A DNA stretch of 64,000 bases from Promethearchaeota archaeon (lineage in GTDB: Archaea; Asgardarchaeota; Lokiarchaeia; Sigyniarchaeales; SOKP01): positions 1 to 64,000 of the forward strand of contig JAUVNS010000008.1 of assembly GCA_030599585.1 (NCBI GenBank), given 5' to 3'. The notes below the pieces were generated by a model, which made no database searches, was not told the DNA's origin, and saw only the letters and a list, made by a program, of their open reading frames with translations. A program made the position numbers and the translations under genes. Shown here piece after piece: positions 38,692-48,583 of the stretch; within the stretch, counting starts at the first letter, position 1; each line of letters starts with the position of its first letter.

Positions 38692-39801
38692 TCATTCAAT
38701 ACAACCAGAATTTACTATTGAATTATAATTTTCTTTAGTTTTCTTTGAATTATGCCCTGAACAAACCATTTGACAAAAACCACAACTCGCTCTAAAATCT
38801 TCTGCGGCTTTATCATTACGACCTAAAAAAGAATTTTCAACCAGTCTATATACATTTTCAGCTTCATCGCCACCCTTCTCAACAGCTTTAGCAAACATAT
38901 TTTGAACGTAACTTGCAACAGTATCATCAAGAGGAAGTCGCTCTATATCGTCGAAGCGAAAGGGTGACCATGTTGACCATTCTTTAAACTTATTTTGTCC
39001 GGACATACCGCTACAAACAGCAATACAATAGGCATAATTATTTCGTTTAGCTATAGTTTCTTCAATTCCTGCAATATTAATGATTTCTTCATCATCTTTT
39101 GCAAAAAGCCCTCCTTGACACGATTTTTCGCAGAGTTTACAATTGGAACATGGATTTTCTTCCAAAGGGGTATCTGTTTTTAATTTAACAGTCGTAATAA
39201 TCGAATTTAATAATACCCTTGCTCCATAATTTTCAGTGATTAAATTTCCACTCCATCCAATCCTTCCCACTCCCGCAGCTACAGCGACACATCTATGCGA
39301 TAGCGATGGCACAAGATTCATAGGCGTTTTTCTTAAGCCACCCAACATCAATTTTTTTAATGAAGAAAGTGTTTTCTTTTCTCTTTCTGTTAGTTCCACG
39401 CTCTCATCTCTCTCTTTGTTTATTAGATCAATCAATGTTCTTAGAGTAGAAACTATAATTTTACCTTTAGTACCAATATTTCTATAATCGTAATTACAAT
39501 CGCAATTATACGCTTCAAAACCTTTTTCCTCGAGAAATAGTTTAATTTTTTCAGCTATTTTTTTCAGCTTCTTAGTAATAAGACCTTCTTCAAGCATTAG
39601 GGGCTTATGTTCTTCTTTAGAAAGATATTTTTTTACTGCCTCATCACTAAATTTCATAGCAATACTTATTACAGATTGAGCTCCGGGTAATAAAAAGTTC
39701 GGGTCAGAAAAATCTTTATCTTTAATACTATCGGCAGAGCAAATACCTACCAAATCCGCACCAGCTTCTAAAGCTAGCTTTTTAATTTCATCTTCAATCA
39801 T
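38692..39801 (-). CDS. QueG/reductive-dehalogenase-like corrinoid [4Fe-4S] protein
   Basis: GADLVGI, LLPGAQSVIS, SHR..AVAAGVGRIGWSG, CSNCKLCEKSC, CGFCQMVC. Confidence 0.82.
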   Translation of the reverse strand: MIEDEIKKLALEAGADLVGICSADSIKDKDFSDPNFLLPGAQSVISIAMKFSDEAVKKYLSKEEHKPLMLEEGLITKKLKKIAEKIKLFLEEKGFEAYNCDCNYDYRNIGTKGKIIVSTLRTLIDLINKERDESVELTEREKKTLSSLKKLMLGGLRKTPMNLVPSLSHRCVAVAAGVGRIGWSGNLITENYGARVLLNSIITTVKLKTDTPLEENPCSNCKLCEKSCQGGLFAKDDEEIINIAGIEETIAKRNNYAYCIAVCSGMSGQNKFKEWSTWSPFRFDDIERLPLDDTVASYVQNMFAKAVEKGGDEAENVYRLVENSFLGRNDKAAEDFRASCGFCQMVCSGHNSKKTKENYNSIVNSGCIE

Positions 39802-39868
39802 TATAACTCACATAATGTAATTAAACAAACGATATAAAATAATAATAATATTACCCCATTTTAATAAA

Positions 39869-41374
39869 TTAGCTACTTGCTTGCCTTCTTGGAATTTTTG
39901 ATTGAGCTTTTAAATTTTCATGTAAAAGCTTAGTTACTAGTCTTTCCTTTAAATCTCTATCCTTATCCCACAAATTATTTAATTCATCGGGGTCATTTAT
40001 ACGATCATAAATATCGCCAGCATCTTCTAAACCTGCGTATACTGTAATTTTATGAGTTTCTGTAATTAAATGCCTTAGGCGTATCGTTAATGATCCAAAT
40101 TCTTCATCTTCCTCTACTAAGCAGCTATCTCTTACTTTTTCCTCGGGATTTTTCAGTACCGGTGTAAGATCAACTCCTTGAATAAATGGAGAATGAAGTC
40201 GGCCACGAATGTTTGTTAAATGTAAGATTGTTTTTGCAAAATCAATCGAGCTAGCTAAAGAATTTGAGATACTTCCAGGTCTAGTTATTCCTGGAACTCT
40301 CATAATCAAAGGAACATTTAAAACCCCAGTAAAGGGCGAAGGTCCTTTATAAATCATTCCGTGATCTCCCATTAAATCCCCATGATCACTAGTATAAATT
40401 ACTATTGTGTTTTCTGCATATCCTAATTTTTCTAAACTTGCGAGAATTTTTCCAATAGCATTATCAATTAATGAAATTGAACCATAGGTTAAGCGGATAA
40501 ATTCCTTTACTTCATTTTCATCAGATTCTCGAATCATAGCTCCACGAAAAAGTGGATTTTTTATTAATGGGCCTAAAAACTTATGGTTATATATATTTTT
40601 AATATCAGAAAAGGTAGAAGGGAGATTAATCTCATCAGATTTGTACATATCCTTATATTTACCTGGAGGACAGACGGGATGATGAGGATCTGGGATGGAA
40701 CAACAGAGAAAGAATGGTTTTTCTCCAAATTCTCCTTTTGAATGTTTTTCTAAAAATTTTATGGTTCTCTCTTGACAATATGTAGTTGGATAATGCTCAA
40801 CAGCCATATCGCTATCATAATAGACTTGGTCAAAGAATTTCAATGTTAGTCTTTTACGCATCCACCCTGTTGCTCCTGGACGTAATTCTTCTAACCAATC
40901 TAAATAATGTCCACCACATAAGTCACCATGACCTAAAGTAATTTCACATTCTTCAAATCCATAATATGGTTTAGGAAAGTTTTCTTTTGCGCCCTTTGAT
41001 GTTTTTTTACTCATCCAGTCTGCTATCATTTCGACAGATTTTGTTTTTCGCTTAAAAGGGGGGATATAAAATTGTAGATGCATTTTACCAACATTATGAG
41101 TAATATATCCACTCTTTCGCATAGCTTCAACAAAGGTTTCAACGGTATCTGGTAAATTTATGCCATTGCTTCGGCAACCATGAACGTTAGGATAAACTCC
41201 CGTAAAAATAGACGATCTATTTGGCATACACATTGGATTAGCGCAAAAAGCATTTGTAAATCTAATCCCTTCTTTAGCCAGTCTATCAAGGTTAGGGGTT
41301 TTCACAACAGGATTCCCTGAACAGCTCATATGATCAGCTCGATGCTGATCTGTCATAATAAATAAGACATTCAT
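39869..41374 (-). CDS. Formylglycine-dependent sulfatase
   Basis: NVLFIMTDQHR, CMPNR (CxPxR), GKMH, PDPHHP, SDHGD, KG. Confidence 0.92.
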   Translation of the reverse strand: MNVLFIMTDQHRADHMSCSGNPVVKTPNLDRLAKEGIRFTNAFCANPMCMPNRSSIFTGVYPNVHGCRSNGINLPDTVETFVEAMRKSGYITHNVGKMHLQFYIPPFKRKTKSVEMIADWMSKKTSKGAKENFPKPYYGFEECEITLGHGDLCGGHYLDWLEELRPGATGWMRKRLTLKFFDQVYYDSDMAVEHYPTTYCQERTIKFLEKHSKGEFGEKPFFLCCSIPDPHHPVCPPGKYKDMYKSDEINLPSTFSDIKNIYNHKFLGPLIKNPLFRGAMIRESDENEVKEFIRLTYGSISLIDNAIGKILASLEKLGYAENTIVIYTSDHGDLMGDHGMIYKGPSPFTGVLNVPLIMRVPGITRPGSISNSLASSIDFAKTILHLTNIRGRLHSPFIQGVDLTPVLKNPEEKVRDSCLVEEDEEFGSLTIRLRHLITETHKITVYAGLEDAGDIYDRINDPDELNNLWDKDRDLKERLVTKLLHENLKAQSKIPRRQASS

Positions 41375-41407
41375 GTTTTTAGTTATTTTTATCCACTCTC
41401 TTGTTTT

Positions 41408-42586
41408 TTAGGGCATCATTCCAGTTGAGCTAGATTTTCTCCTTATTCTATTCTTATAATCTTTTCTATACCATCTTTGTCTCTTCAGTGGCATTTTTTC
41501 AAACTCTTCCTTTGCTTTATCTGGAGGGAATACTTCTAAAGTGCCATCTTCTCTCTGAATAACACAACCAGAATTAACAAGTGTTTTATAGTTTTTTGCA
41601 GTCTCTTTAGGATCTCCCCAACATATTATTTGGCAATTACCACATGAAAGCTGAACTACATCGTTCTTAGTCTCTTCTGTTGGTAGTGAAGACGCGCCTT
41701 TACCTCCAGAAAATGAGGCTGGAATGTATCCTTTTGAAGAATCTTTAATTAAAGGTCTTTTCCTCTGACCAGCCATAGCTGCGGTTAAAACTCTTGTTAC
41801 TTCCATCGGATTTTCTGGATAGTCGTATCGTCCTGGAGAGAATGTTGAAAATTTTCCGGATTTATGTAATCCATTAAATCCACCACATGTTAGAACACAT
41901 CGTAATTTATTTATACGCTTCGAATAAGAAAATGTCTGACCTCCAAGAGTAACTTCTACTTTTTCATCAGGAGAAAACATCTGAAATGCACAAACTTTTG
42001 TGCAGATTTTACACTCATCACAAAATGAATCTGATTCTGGTATAGGATCTGTAGGTTCAAGTTTCGCATTAGTTATTGTTCCTCCTAAAATTATTACTGT
42101 ACCATATCCTTTTATTCCTACATTACCTGACCAACCAAATGAGGCAACTCCAGATCGTACAGCAAGATATCTTAATGAAATCTCCGGAGGTAAGGTTACA
42201 CTCCAACTCGGATCATCCTCTCTATACTTATTATTTGCTATAACGCTTGCTGCTTCATATCCCTTTTCCACTAAGAATTTAGCTATTGTTCTAGACATAC
42301 TACTTGACTTAATATTTACTTCGATGTTATCCTTTTCATGATCTCCCCTCGCATTAGAATGTGTCTTTCCTAAATAAGGTCGGATTAAATCCATCTGCAT
42401 TGGAATTGCCCAACAAACTGCACTTTCAGCACTCGGAAGCAAATATTTCAAGTTAGCTCCTTCTGGACCACCCGCTAATGTTTCAAGAGTCACAAAACCA
42501 ACTCTGAAAGCCCCTAATTCTTTTAATTTTTGTTCAAGTTCTTCATTTAAAGTTATGATTATAATTTCACCTTTATTTTTAAGCAA
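41408..42586 (-). CDS. QueG/reductive-dehalogenase-like corrinoid [4Fe-4S] protein, paralog
   Basis: LLPSAESA, SLRYLAVRSGVASFGWSG, CDECKICTKVC, CGNCQIIC; true start probably near 42556. Confidence 0.82.
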   Translation of the reverse strand: MLKNKGEIIIITLNEELEQKLKELGAFRVGFVTLETLAGGPEGANLKYLLPSAESAVCWAIPMQMDLIRPYLGKTHSNARGDHEKDNIEVNIKSSSMSRTIAKFLVEKGYEAASVIANNKYREDDPSWSVTLPPEISLRYLAVRSGVASFGWSGNVGIKGYGTVIILGGTITNAKLEPTDPIPESDSFCDECKICTKVCAFQMFSPDEKVEVTLGGQTFSYSKRINKLRCVLTCGGFNGLHKSGKFSTFSPGRYDYPENPMEVTRVLTAAMAGQRKRPLIKDSSKGYIPASFSGGKGASSLPTEETKNDVVQLSCGNCQIICWGDPKETAKNYKTLVNSGCVIQREDGTLEVFPPDKAKEEFEKMPLKRQRWYRKDYKNRIRRKSSSTGMMP

Positions 42587-42629
42587 ATTGAATGAATTAG
42601 ACCATATTTTTTAATATTTTTAAATCGGT

Positions 42630-42819
42630 TTACCTTGAGCGTCCCATCTATTTCTCGCGTGAAGATCGCAGTTGCTAAACCCATTCCTCCGATTAAAGAT
42701 ATTTCATCTTCATTAATGTAATCTTCATGTTCAATGTTTTTTGTTTCTAAATCTATTCTTAAAATTTTTGCGATTTTTTTAACTAATTTTTGCTTTTATT
42801 TGATTATACTAAGTTCCAT
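42630..42819 (-). pseudogene. N-terminal remnant of an aldehyde:ferredoxin oxidoreductase
   Basis: MELSIIK*KQKLVKKIAKILRIDLETKNIEHEDY...LIGGMGLATAIF matches the AOR N-terminal KILRVDL...IGG.GL motif; internal stop and truncation. Confidence 0.6.
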
Positions 42820-42888
42820 CTACATGTTATTTATAGGTTTTCCTCGTGATTATGATGAGCTCAAAGATATAAAAATTCTGAGTTTAAA

Positions 42889-43779
42889 TCACTTTTTAGC
42901 AGGAGAAGCATAGCAATAACCACAGTTATGTCTACATCGAAATATACCTATATATCCACCTATATCTTTAGATTTAGAGCATCCGCAACCTTTTCTTTGT
43001 CCTGTATCTTTTATTTTTTGAATTTTCTCTCCTATTAATTTCTCAATTTTATTGGCGTCTATACAATGAGCTTGTTTTATTCCCGCAGTGTCAATTAAAT
43101 CTGGTTGACAACAAGCTTCCATTTGCATATTGTATTTATCACAAATTTCTAGTAGAGAGTCGAGAATTTCTTTTTTCTTATTTAAAGGGGGATCAACGGG
43201 GATAAAACCTCTCTTTTGCAAGCGATTATTTACTTTTGAATAGAATGTCGCAAAAGAAAATATCATTTCCTTCAATCCAAGAGCAGAAACCCTTTCTATA
43301 ATATATTCGAATTTATCTAGATTACTTCTTATACTTTTTTCATCTTTCCTTTTGTATAAAATGATAGGGTCAAATCGAAAACTGATAGCATTTGATCCAA
43401 ACTCCTTGATCAACCAATTTAATTGAGAAAATCTCTCTTCTAAGGAAATCTTAAGATTTTGCTCTAATTCAGAAGGCGAGTTAATTGTAAATTGAAAATA
43501 GTGCCCCTTATACGCTCTGAAGATTTGAGTGTTTTTTTTATAGGTTTTTATCCATTCTTTAAAGTTCTTACTCCACCACACCCAACATTTTACATTTTCT
43601 GGTGATAATAATACTCTGGATACTTGCTTTCGATTGAACGGATTAATTACATCCACATAGCCGATGTGAATTTTTTCCATTACCCAATCCATCAGGAACG
43701 CTGGTATATCTGTTCTACGAGAGCATGATATTATTGGAGCTTGTATAATTTTACTGAAATTATTTGATTTAGTTTCCAT
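42889..43779 (-). CDS. DUF1848 family protein
   Basis: IISCSRRTDIPAF, WSKN, RFDPI, CID, DTGQRKGCGC..SKDIG...C.H.C.YCYA. Confidence 0.9.
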   Translation of the reverse strand: METKSNNFSKIIQAPIISCSRRTDIPAFLMDWVMEKIHIGYVDVINPFNRKQVSRVLLSPENVKCWVWWSKNFKEWIKTYKKNTQIFRAYKGHYFQFTINSPSELEQNLKISLEERFSQLNWLIKEFGSNAISFRFDPIILYKRKDEKSIRSNLDKFEYIIERVSALGLKEMIFSFATFYSKVNNRLQKRGFIPVDPPLNKKKEILDSLLEICDKYNMQMEACCQPDLIDTAGIKQAHCIDANKIEKLIGEKIQKIKDTGQRKGCGCSKSKDIGGYIGIFRCRHNCGYCYASPAKK

Positions 43780-43800
43780 TCTTCACTTAAACTTTCTTTA

Positions 43801-44670
43801 TTAGACTAATACTCCTATAAGGTAAGACAATACTCCTACCTGCATTATCACAAAGATAAGTTTTCGTAACTTTAAGGTATTTTCTTTTGTTTGATTTTTC
43901 AATAATGAGATTGATAAGAATACATAGGAAATCACTGGTATAAGAATAAGTATAAGAAATAGCGGATCCAAATACAAGCGAGAATCAATTAGAACAAAAA
44001 AGGGTAATGGATCCATAATTATTATTATGAAATAAAAGACAACCGAAACCTTTGCTGCAGTTTTAATCCCAAATTTGTTTGGTATGGAATTAATACCTAA
44101 TTCTTTATCACCTTCAATATCAGCTATATCAAACATGATTTCTGAACCTAAACCAACAATAAAACCCATGAAAGCAAAGTATATGATTATCGGTTCTAAA
44201 ACTGCATCCGTAACAAGAGAACCAAATAGAATAGTTCCAGCATAAGAATAAGCAATTAAAGCATTCTTTACTATTACCAATTTCTTTAGTCCCAAACTGT
44301 AGATATAAAAAGCCGGGATACTGATTAAAGCAAGAAATAACGCTACTCCATTTAGAAATAGAATCAGTAGAAGATTGAATATCATTAATATTATCACAAT
44401 TATCAAAGCTGATTTTCTACTAAGTAAACCTAATACCAAAGGTCGATCACTTCTATTATTTTTAATATCAATTTCATAATCAATGTAATCGTTTATCGCA
44501 AATGCTCCCGCTTCAGATACGAAGATAATTAGAAACCCTACAATATATTCAAATTGAAATCCTATTAGATCTCCCGCAAGTATTCCGGAAACAAAAAAAC
44601 CAATTGTCCCAAATACACATAATTCTATTCTAATTAATTTTAAAAATCCGATTATTTTTTCTTTAAACAT
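43801..44670 (-). CDS. UbiA-family prenyltransferase (DGGGP-synthase-like)
   Basis: AINDYIDYEID..N..DRPL..G, DIADIEGD, multiple TM segments. Confidence 0.85.
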   Translation of the reverse strand: MFKEKIIGFLKLIRIELCVFGTIGFFVSGILAGDLIGFQFEYIVGFLIIFVSEAGAFAINDYIDYEIDIKNNRSDRPLVLGLLSRKSALIIVIILMIFNLLLILFLNGVALFLALISIPAFYIYSLGLKKLVIVKNALIAYSYAGTILFGSLVTDAVLEPIIIYFAFMGFIVGLGSEIMFDIADIEGDKELGINSIPNKFGIKTAAKVSVVFYFIIIIMDPLPFFVLIDSRLYLDPLFLILILIPVISYVFLSISLLKNQTKENTLKLRKLIFVIMQVGVLSYLIGVLV

Positions 44671-44854
44671 ATTAATCACTCATTAAGGGTCGTAGATATG
44701 TAGTAATCTAGAAATTTTTACTAGCGAAATAAACCTTTATATAATTTTTTATAAGTGAAGATTTGGAGCATTTCAGATATGTAATCTTAAAATACAGTTT
44801 TGTAAGAAGATTAACAAATTATAATTTGAATATAATAATAATTCTATTATAAAA

Positions 44855-46501
44855 ATGAATATCGTGGCTTCTAATATTATTTATTCAAAAAAGGTTGAAT
44901 TTGTTCCTTTTAATAAAATTCGTAAAATTCATGGTTCTCAAATCATTTCAACAGATTATCCTGCTTATCTTGTTGATGAAAGTAAATTGGAAGGAACTGC
45001 AGATTGGCTATTTTTTCCAAAATCAGAAGCAGAGATAATCTCAATTATTGATTATTTAAGAGAGAAAAAGATACCTGCATATATTAGTGCCGCTCGGACA
45101 GGAATTGTAGGCTCCAGTGTTCCTAAATGTGGTTCAATTTTTTCTATTGAAAAAATGGATAAAATGCTGGGATTTGGATTTGATGAAAATAAAGGGAACT
45201 ATTTTTGCCGATTCGAACCGGGCATTACCTTAAAAGCAATTAACGATATAATCCTTAAGAAAGAAGTCGAAAGAGTTAAGGAGCTTACTCCAAACACTAT
45301 TTCACGATTTATTGAAGAAAAAAAATCTTATTATTATCCCATGGATCCAACGGAAATGTCTGCTTCAATAAGCGGTACCGTAGCAACAAATGCTTCAGGG
45401 GCAGGAACATATAAATATGGTGCGACAAGGAAATGGGTTAAAAAAATTCGGGTTGCGTTATCAATTGGAGAAATTCTAGAAATTCAGAGAGGGAAATATT
45501 TCGCTTCAAATGATGGAACATTTATTGTAAAACTAACTGATGGAACCGATTTAGTTTTTAAAATCCCCTCCTACGAATTCAATACTAATGTGAAAAACAC
45601 AGCAGGGATATATGCCAAACCGAATATGGATCTTATTGATTTATTTATTGGAAGTGAAGGAATATTCGGTGTTATTACAGAAGTTGAGGTATGGATTATA
45701 GAGAAACGTCCATTAATCTCTAATGTTTTATTTTTTAATTCAGAGGATGATGCTCTTGATTTTGTAAAAAAAATCCGGAATAATCAAGCGGTCAATCCAG
45801 AATTCATAGAATATTTTTCAGGTGAATCTTTGGATCTTCTCAGAAATGTTCAAATTAAAACCCCCGCTGTAATTAACATGCCACAAATCCCTTTTAAAGC
45901 AAGATCAGCATTATTTTTCGATCTTCCATATTCCGAGGATAATTTAGTCTCCTACTTTAAAAAGATCGATAAAATGGCCAAACTATGCCATACAACATTG
46001 GAAACAAGTTGGTCGGGTTATGACAATAGAGAATTTGCACGATTCAAGCATTTTAGACATGCTTTACCTGAAACTGTAAATTCCATTATTGTAGAACGTA
46101 AAAGGCAATATCCCGATTTACACAAATTAGGCACAGATATGTGTGTTCCGGAAGAGAAATTTGGAGAGATGATGAAATTTTATCATTCTGTTTTACGGGA
46201 AGCAGCATTAGAGTATGTGATTTTTGGTCATATAGGTGATAATCATGTTCATCTTAATATTCTCCCAAAAAATACTGAAGAACTAGAACTCGGTCTTAAA
46301 ATTTACGAACAATTTGCAAAAAAAGCGGTCGAGTACGGTGGAAGCGTTTCTGCTGAGCACGGAATTGGAAGAATAAAAGTGGATTTTTTAAAATTCATGT
46401 ATGATGAGAAAGAAATTGAACAGATGCGGGCTGTTAAAAGAGCTCTCGATTCTCTATTAATGTTCAATTGTGGAAATATCTTTGAGATTAAGGGGGTGTA
46501 A
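44855..46501 (+). CDS. FAD-linked 2-hydroxyacid dehydrogenase (GlcD/LctD-like)
   Basis: PMDP...ASISGTVATNASG, GSEGIFGVIT, FGHIGDNHVH, SAEHGIG. Confidence 0.85.
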   Translation: MNIVASNIIYSKKVEFVPFNKIRKIHGSQIISTDYPAYLVDESKLEGTADWLFFPKSEAEIISIIDYLREKKIPAYISAARTGIVGSSVPKCGSIFSIEKMDKMLGFGFDENKGNYFCRFEPGITLKAINDIILKKEVERVKELTPNTISRFIEEKKSYYYPMDPTEMSASISGTVATNASGAGTYKYGATRKWVKKIRVALSIGEILEIQRGKYFASNDGTFIVKLTDGTDLVFKIPSYEFNTNVKNTAGIYAKPNMDLIDLFIGSEGIFGVITEVEVWIIEKRPLISNVLFFNSEDDALDFVKKIRNNQAVNPEFIEYFSGESLDLLRNVQIKTPAVINMPQIPFKARSALFFDLPYSEDNLVSYFKKIDKMAKLCHTTLETSWSGYDNREFARFKHFRHALPETVNSIIVERKRQYPDLHKLGTDMCVPEEKFGEMMKFYHSVLREAALEYVIFGHIGDNHVHLNILPKNTEELELGLKIYEQFAKKAVEYGGSVSAEHGIGRIKVDFLKFMYDEKEIEQMRAVKRALDSLLMFNCGNIFEIKGV

Positions 46502-46504
46502 GAA

Positions 46505-47314
46505 GTGAAAATTATCGTTTCAATCAAGCAGGTTCCTGAGGCAGATAAAGTTGCGGTAAACCCTGAAACGGGGACTTTAATAAGAGAGGGAGTTGAATCA
46601 ATTCTCAATCCATTTTGTGAGTATGCCTTAGATACGGCTGTTAAAATCCGAGATGATAATCCGGACATTGTTGTTGAAATAATAGCAATCTCAATGGGAC
46701 CTCCTCAAGCAAAAATGGCGTTATTGCGTTGTTTAGAACTGGGGGCTGATAGGGCATTTCTACTGTCTGACATGGCATTTGCGGGTTCAGATGTTTGGGC
46801 AACTGCTTTAACCTTAAAAGAAGGTATACGGAAATTTGTACCTAATTTTGATTTGATATTATGCGGAAAGCATGCTATTGACGGAGATACGGCACAAGTT
46901 CCAGCGGAATTAGCCGAAAATTTAGGTATTCCTCAAATTTTTTATGGAATTGATGCAAAAGTCGAAAAGAAAAAGATTAGAGTTAAAAAAGAAACCGAAA
47001 ATGGTTTTCAAATCATTGAAACCCGAACGCCAGCCTTAATAACAATTAGTAAAGGGCCATCTAATATTCGCAGACTTCCATCAATAAAAAATATAATTGA
47101 AGCACGAAATAAGCCTTTAGAGATCATTACTGCAGATGAGTTGGACATTGAGATGGAAAAATTAGGATTAAATGGTTCTTATACACAAGTAATTAGTATC
47201 TTTGCACCACCCGTAAAAGAAACAGGAAAAATTATCGACGGTAGCGATCCTGGTAAAGCAGCCGAACAAATGATGGCATTTCTAAAGGAAAATAAATTGA
47301 TAAAATTGAGGTAG
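46505..47314 (+). CDS. etfB: Electron transfer flavoprotein beta subunit
   Basis: KQVP, NPFC, SMGPP, FAGSDVWATA, GKHAIDGDTAQV, GLNGS.T. Confidence 0.95.
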   Translation: MKIIVSIKQVPEADKVAVNPETGTLIREGVESILNPFCEYALDTAVKIRDDNPDIVVEIIAISMGPPQAKMALLRCLELGADRAFLLSDMAFAGSDVWATALTLKEGIRKFVPNFDLILCGKHAIDGDTAQVPAELAENLGIPQIFYGIDAKVEKKKIRVKKETENGFQIIETRTPALITISKGPSNIRRLPSIKNIIEARNKPLEIITADELDIEMEKLGLNGSYTQVISIFAPPVKETGKIIDGSDPGKAAEQMMAFLKENKLIKLR

Positions 47315-47325
47315 TCTAATATAAA

Positions 47326-48540
47326 ATGCTAGAAATCAATGAAGAAAACTGCATTGGCTGTACAATCTGCGAAAAAGTCTGCCCATTTGGTGCAATATTT
47401 GTTGATCCGGAAGATAAGAAAGCCAAAGTTTTGGATACCTGTACTCTCTGCGGAGCATGCGTGAATGCATGTAGATATGATGCAATCACTATCAAACGTA
47501 AAACAGTTTCAGAGGAAGATTTAGAAAAATATAGCGGAATTATGATTTGGGGTGAATTGGAGAAAGATGAGCTCAAGAATCTACAAATAAAAAATGTGGT
47601 TTTTGAACTCTTAGGAAAAGCTCAAGAATTAAATAAAACTCTTAATGAAACAATATCGGTTGTTATTCTCGGACCTCCGGGAAAAATACCACCGATCGAT
47701 ATATTATATCACTATGGAGCCGATGAAGTTTTTTTATGTGAGCACGAACTACTTGAAAATTACTCAACCGATGGTTTTACAACCGTTATTACAACGTTAA
47801 TTATTAATGAGAAACCGTCAATATTTTTCTACGGTGCTACCGTTAACGGGCGTGATTTAGCACCAAGAATTGCAGCAAGAATTGCAGCTGGCTTAACCGC
47901 AGATTGTACTGCATTTGACATAAATAAAGAAAAGCAGCTTGTTCAAACACGACCTGCATTCGGGGGGAATATTATGGCTTCAATTATATCTCCATTTACA
48001 AGACCTCAAATGGCAACCGCACGACCTAATAATTTCCAAATACCTATAAAAGATACTTCCCGGAAGGGAGATCTTAAAAAATTTGAAGTTAAAATTGAAA
48101 AACAAACCATTAGAACGAAAATTATAGAAGAAACAATTTCCAAAGTTGATACAATAAACATTGAAGAAGCCGATATTCTCGTTTCTGCAGGAAAGGGAAT
48201 CGGAAATAAAGAAAATCTAAAATTAGTAAAAGAATTAGCACGAGAAATAAAAGGAATAATGTCAAGCTCCCGTGCTTTAGTTGACCTAGGTTGGACATCT
48301 CATCCTATACAAGTTGGTCAATCAGGAAAAACAGTAAGCCCAAAATTATATATCGCTTTAGGAATTAGTGGAGCGATACAACATTTAGTTGGAATGAAAA
48401 GCAGCGATATATTAATTGCAATAAATACCGATCCTGAAGCCCCAATATTTAAAGTAGCTGATTTTGGAATAGTAGGTGACATTTTTGAAATTATTCCTCA
48501 ATTTCTTAAACAACTGCGTGCTGAACGAAGGAAAAATTAA
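47326..48540 (+). CDS. etfA: Electron transfer flavoprotein alpha subunit with N-terminal 2x[4Fe-4S] ferredoxin domain
   Basis: CIGCTICEKVCP and CTLCGACVNAC; GLTADC, RPAFGG, QVGQSGKTV, GISGAIQH. Confidence 0.95.
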   Translation: MLEINEENCIGCTICEKVCPFGAIFVDPEDKKAKVLDTCTLCGACVNACRYDAITIKRKTVSEEDLEKYSGIMIWGELEKDELKNLQIKNVVFELLGKAQELNKTLNETISVVILGPPGKIPPIDILYHYGADEVFLCEHELLENYSTDGFTTVITTLIINEKPSIFFYGATVNGRDLAPRIAARIAAGLTADCTAFDINKEKQLVQTRPAFGGNIMASIISPFTRPQMATARPNNFQIPIKDTSRKGDLKKFEVKIEKQTIRTKIIEETISKVDTINIEEADILVSAGKGIGNKENLKLVKELAREIKGIMSSSRALVDLGWTSHPIQVGQSGKTVSPKLYIALGISGAIQHLVGMKSSDILIAINTDPEAPIFKVADFGIVGDIFEIIPQFLKQLRAERRKN

Positions 48541-48583
48541 TACTTAATTTAATTTTTTAAACCTTGCAATATTTAATATTAGT

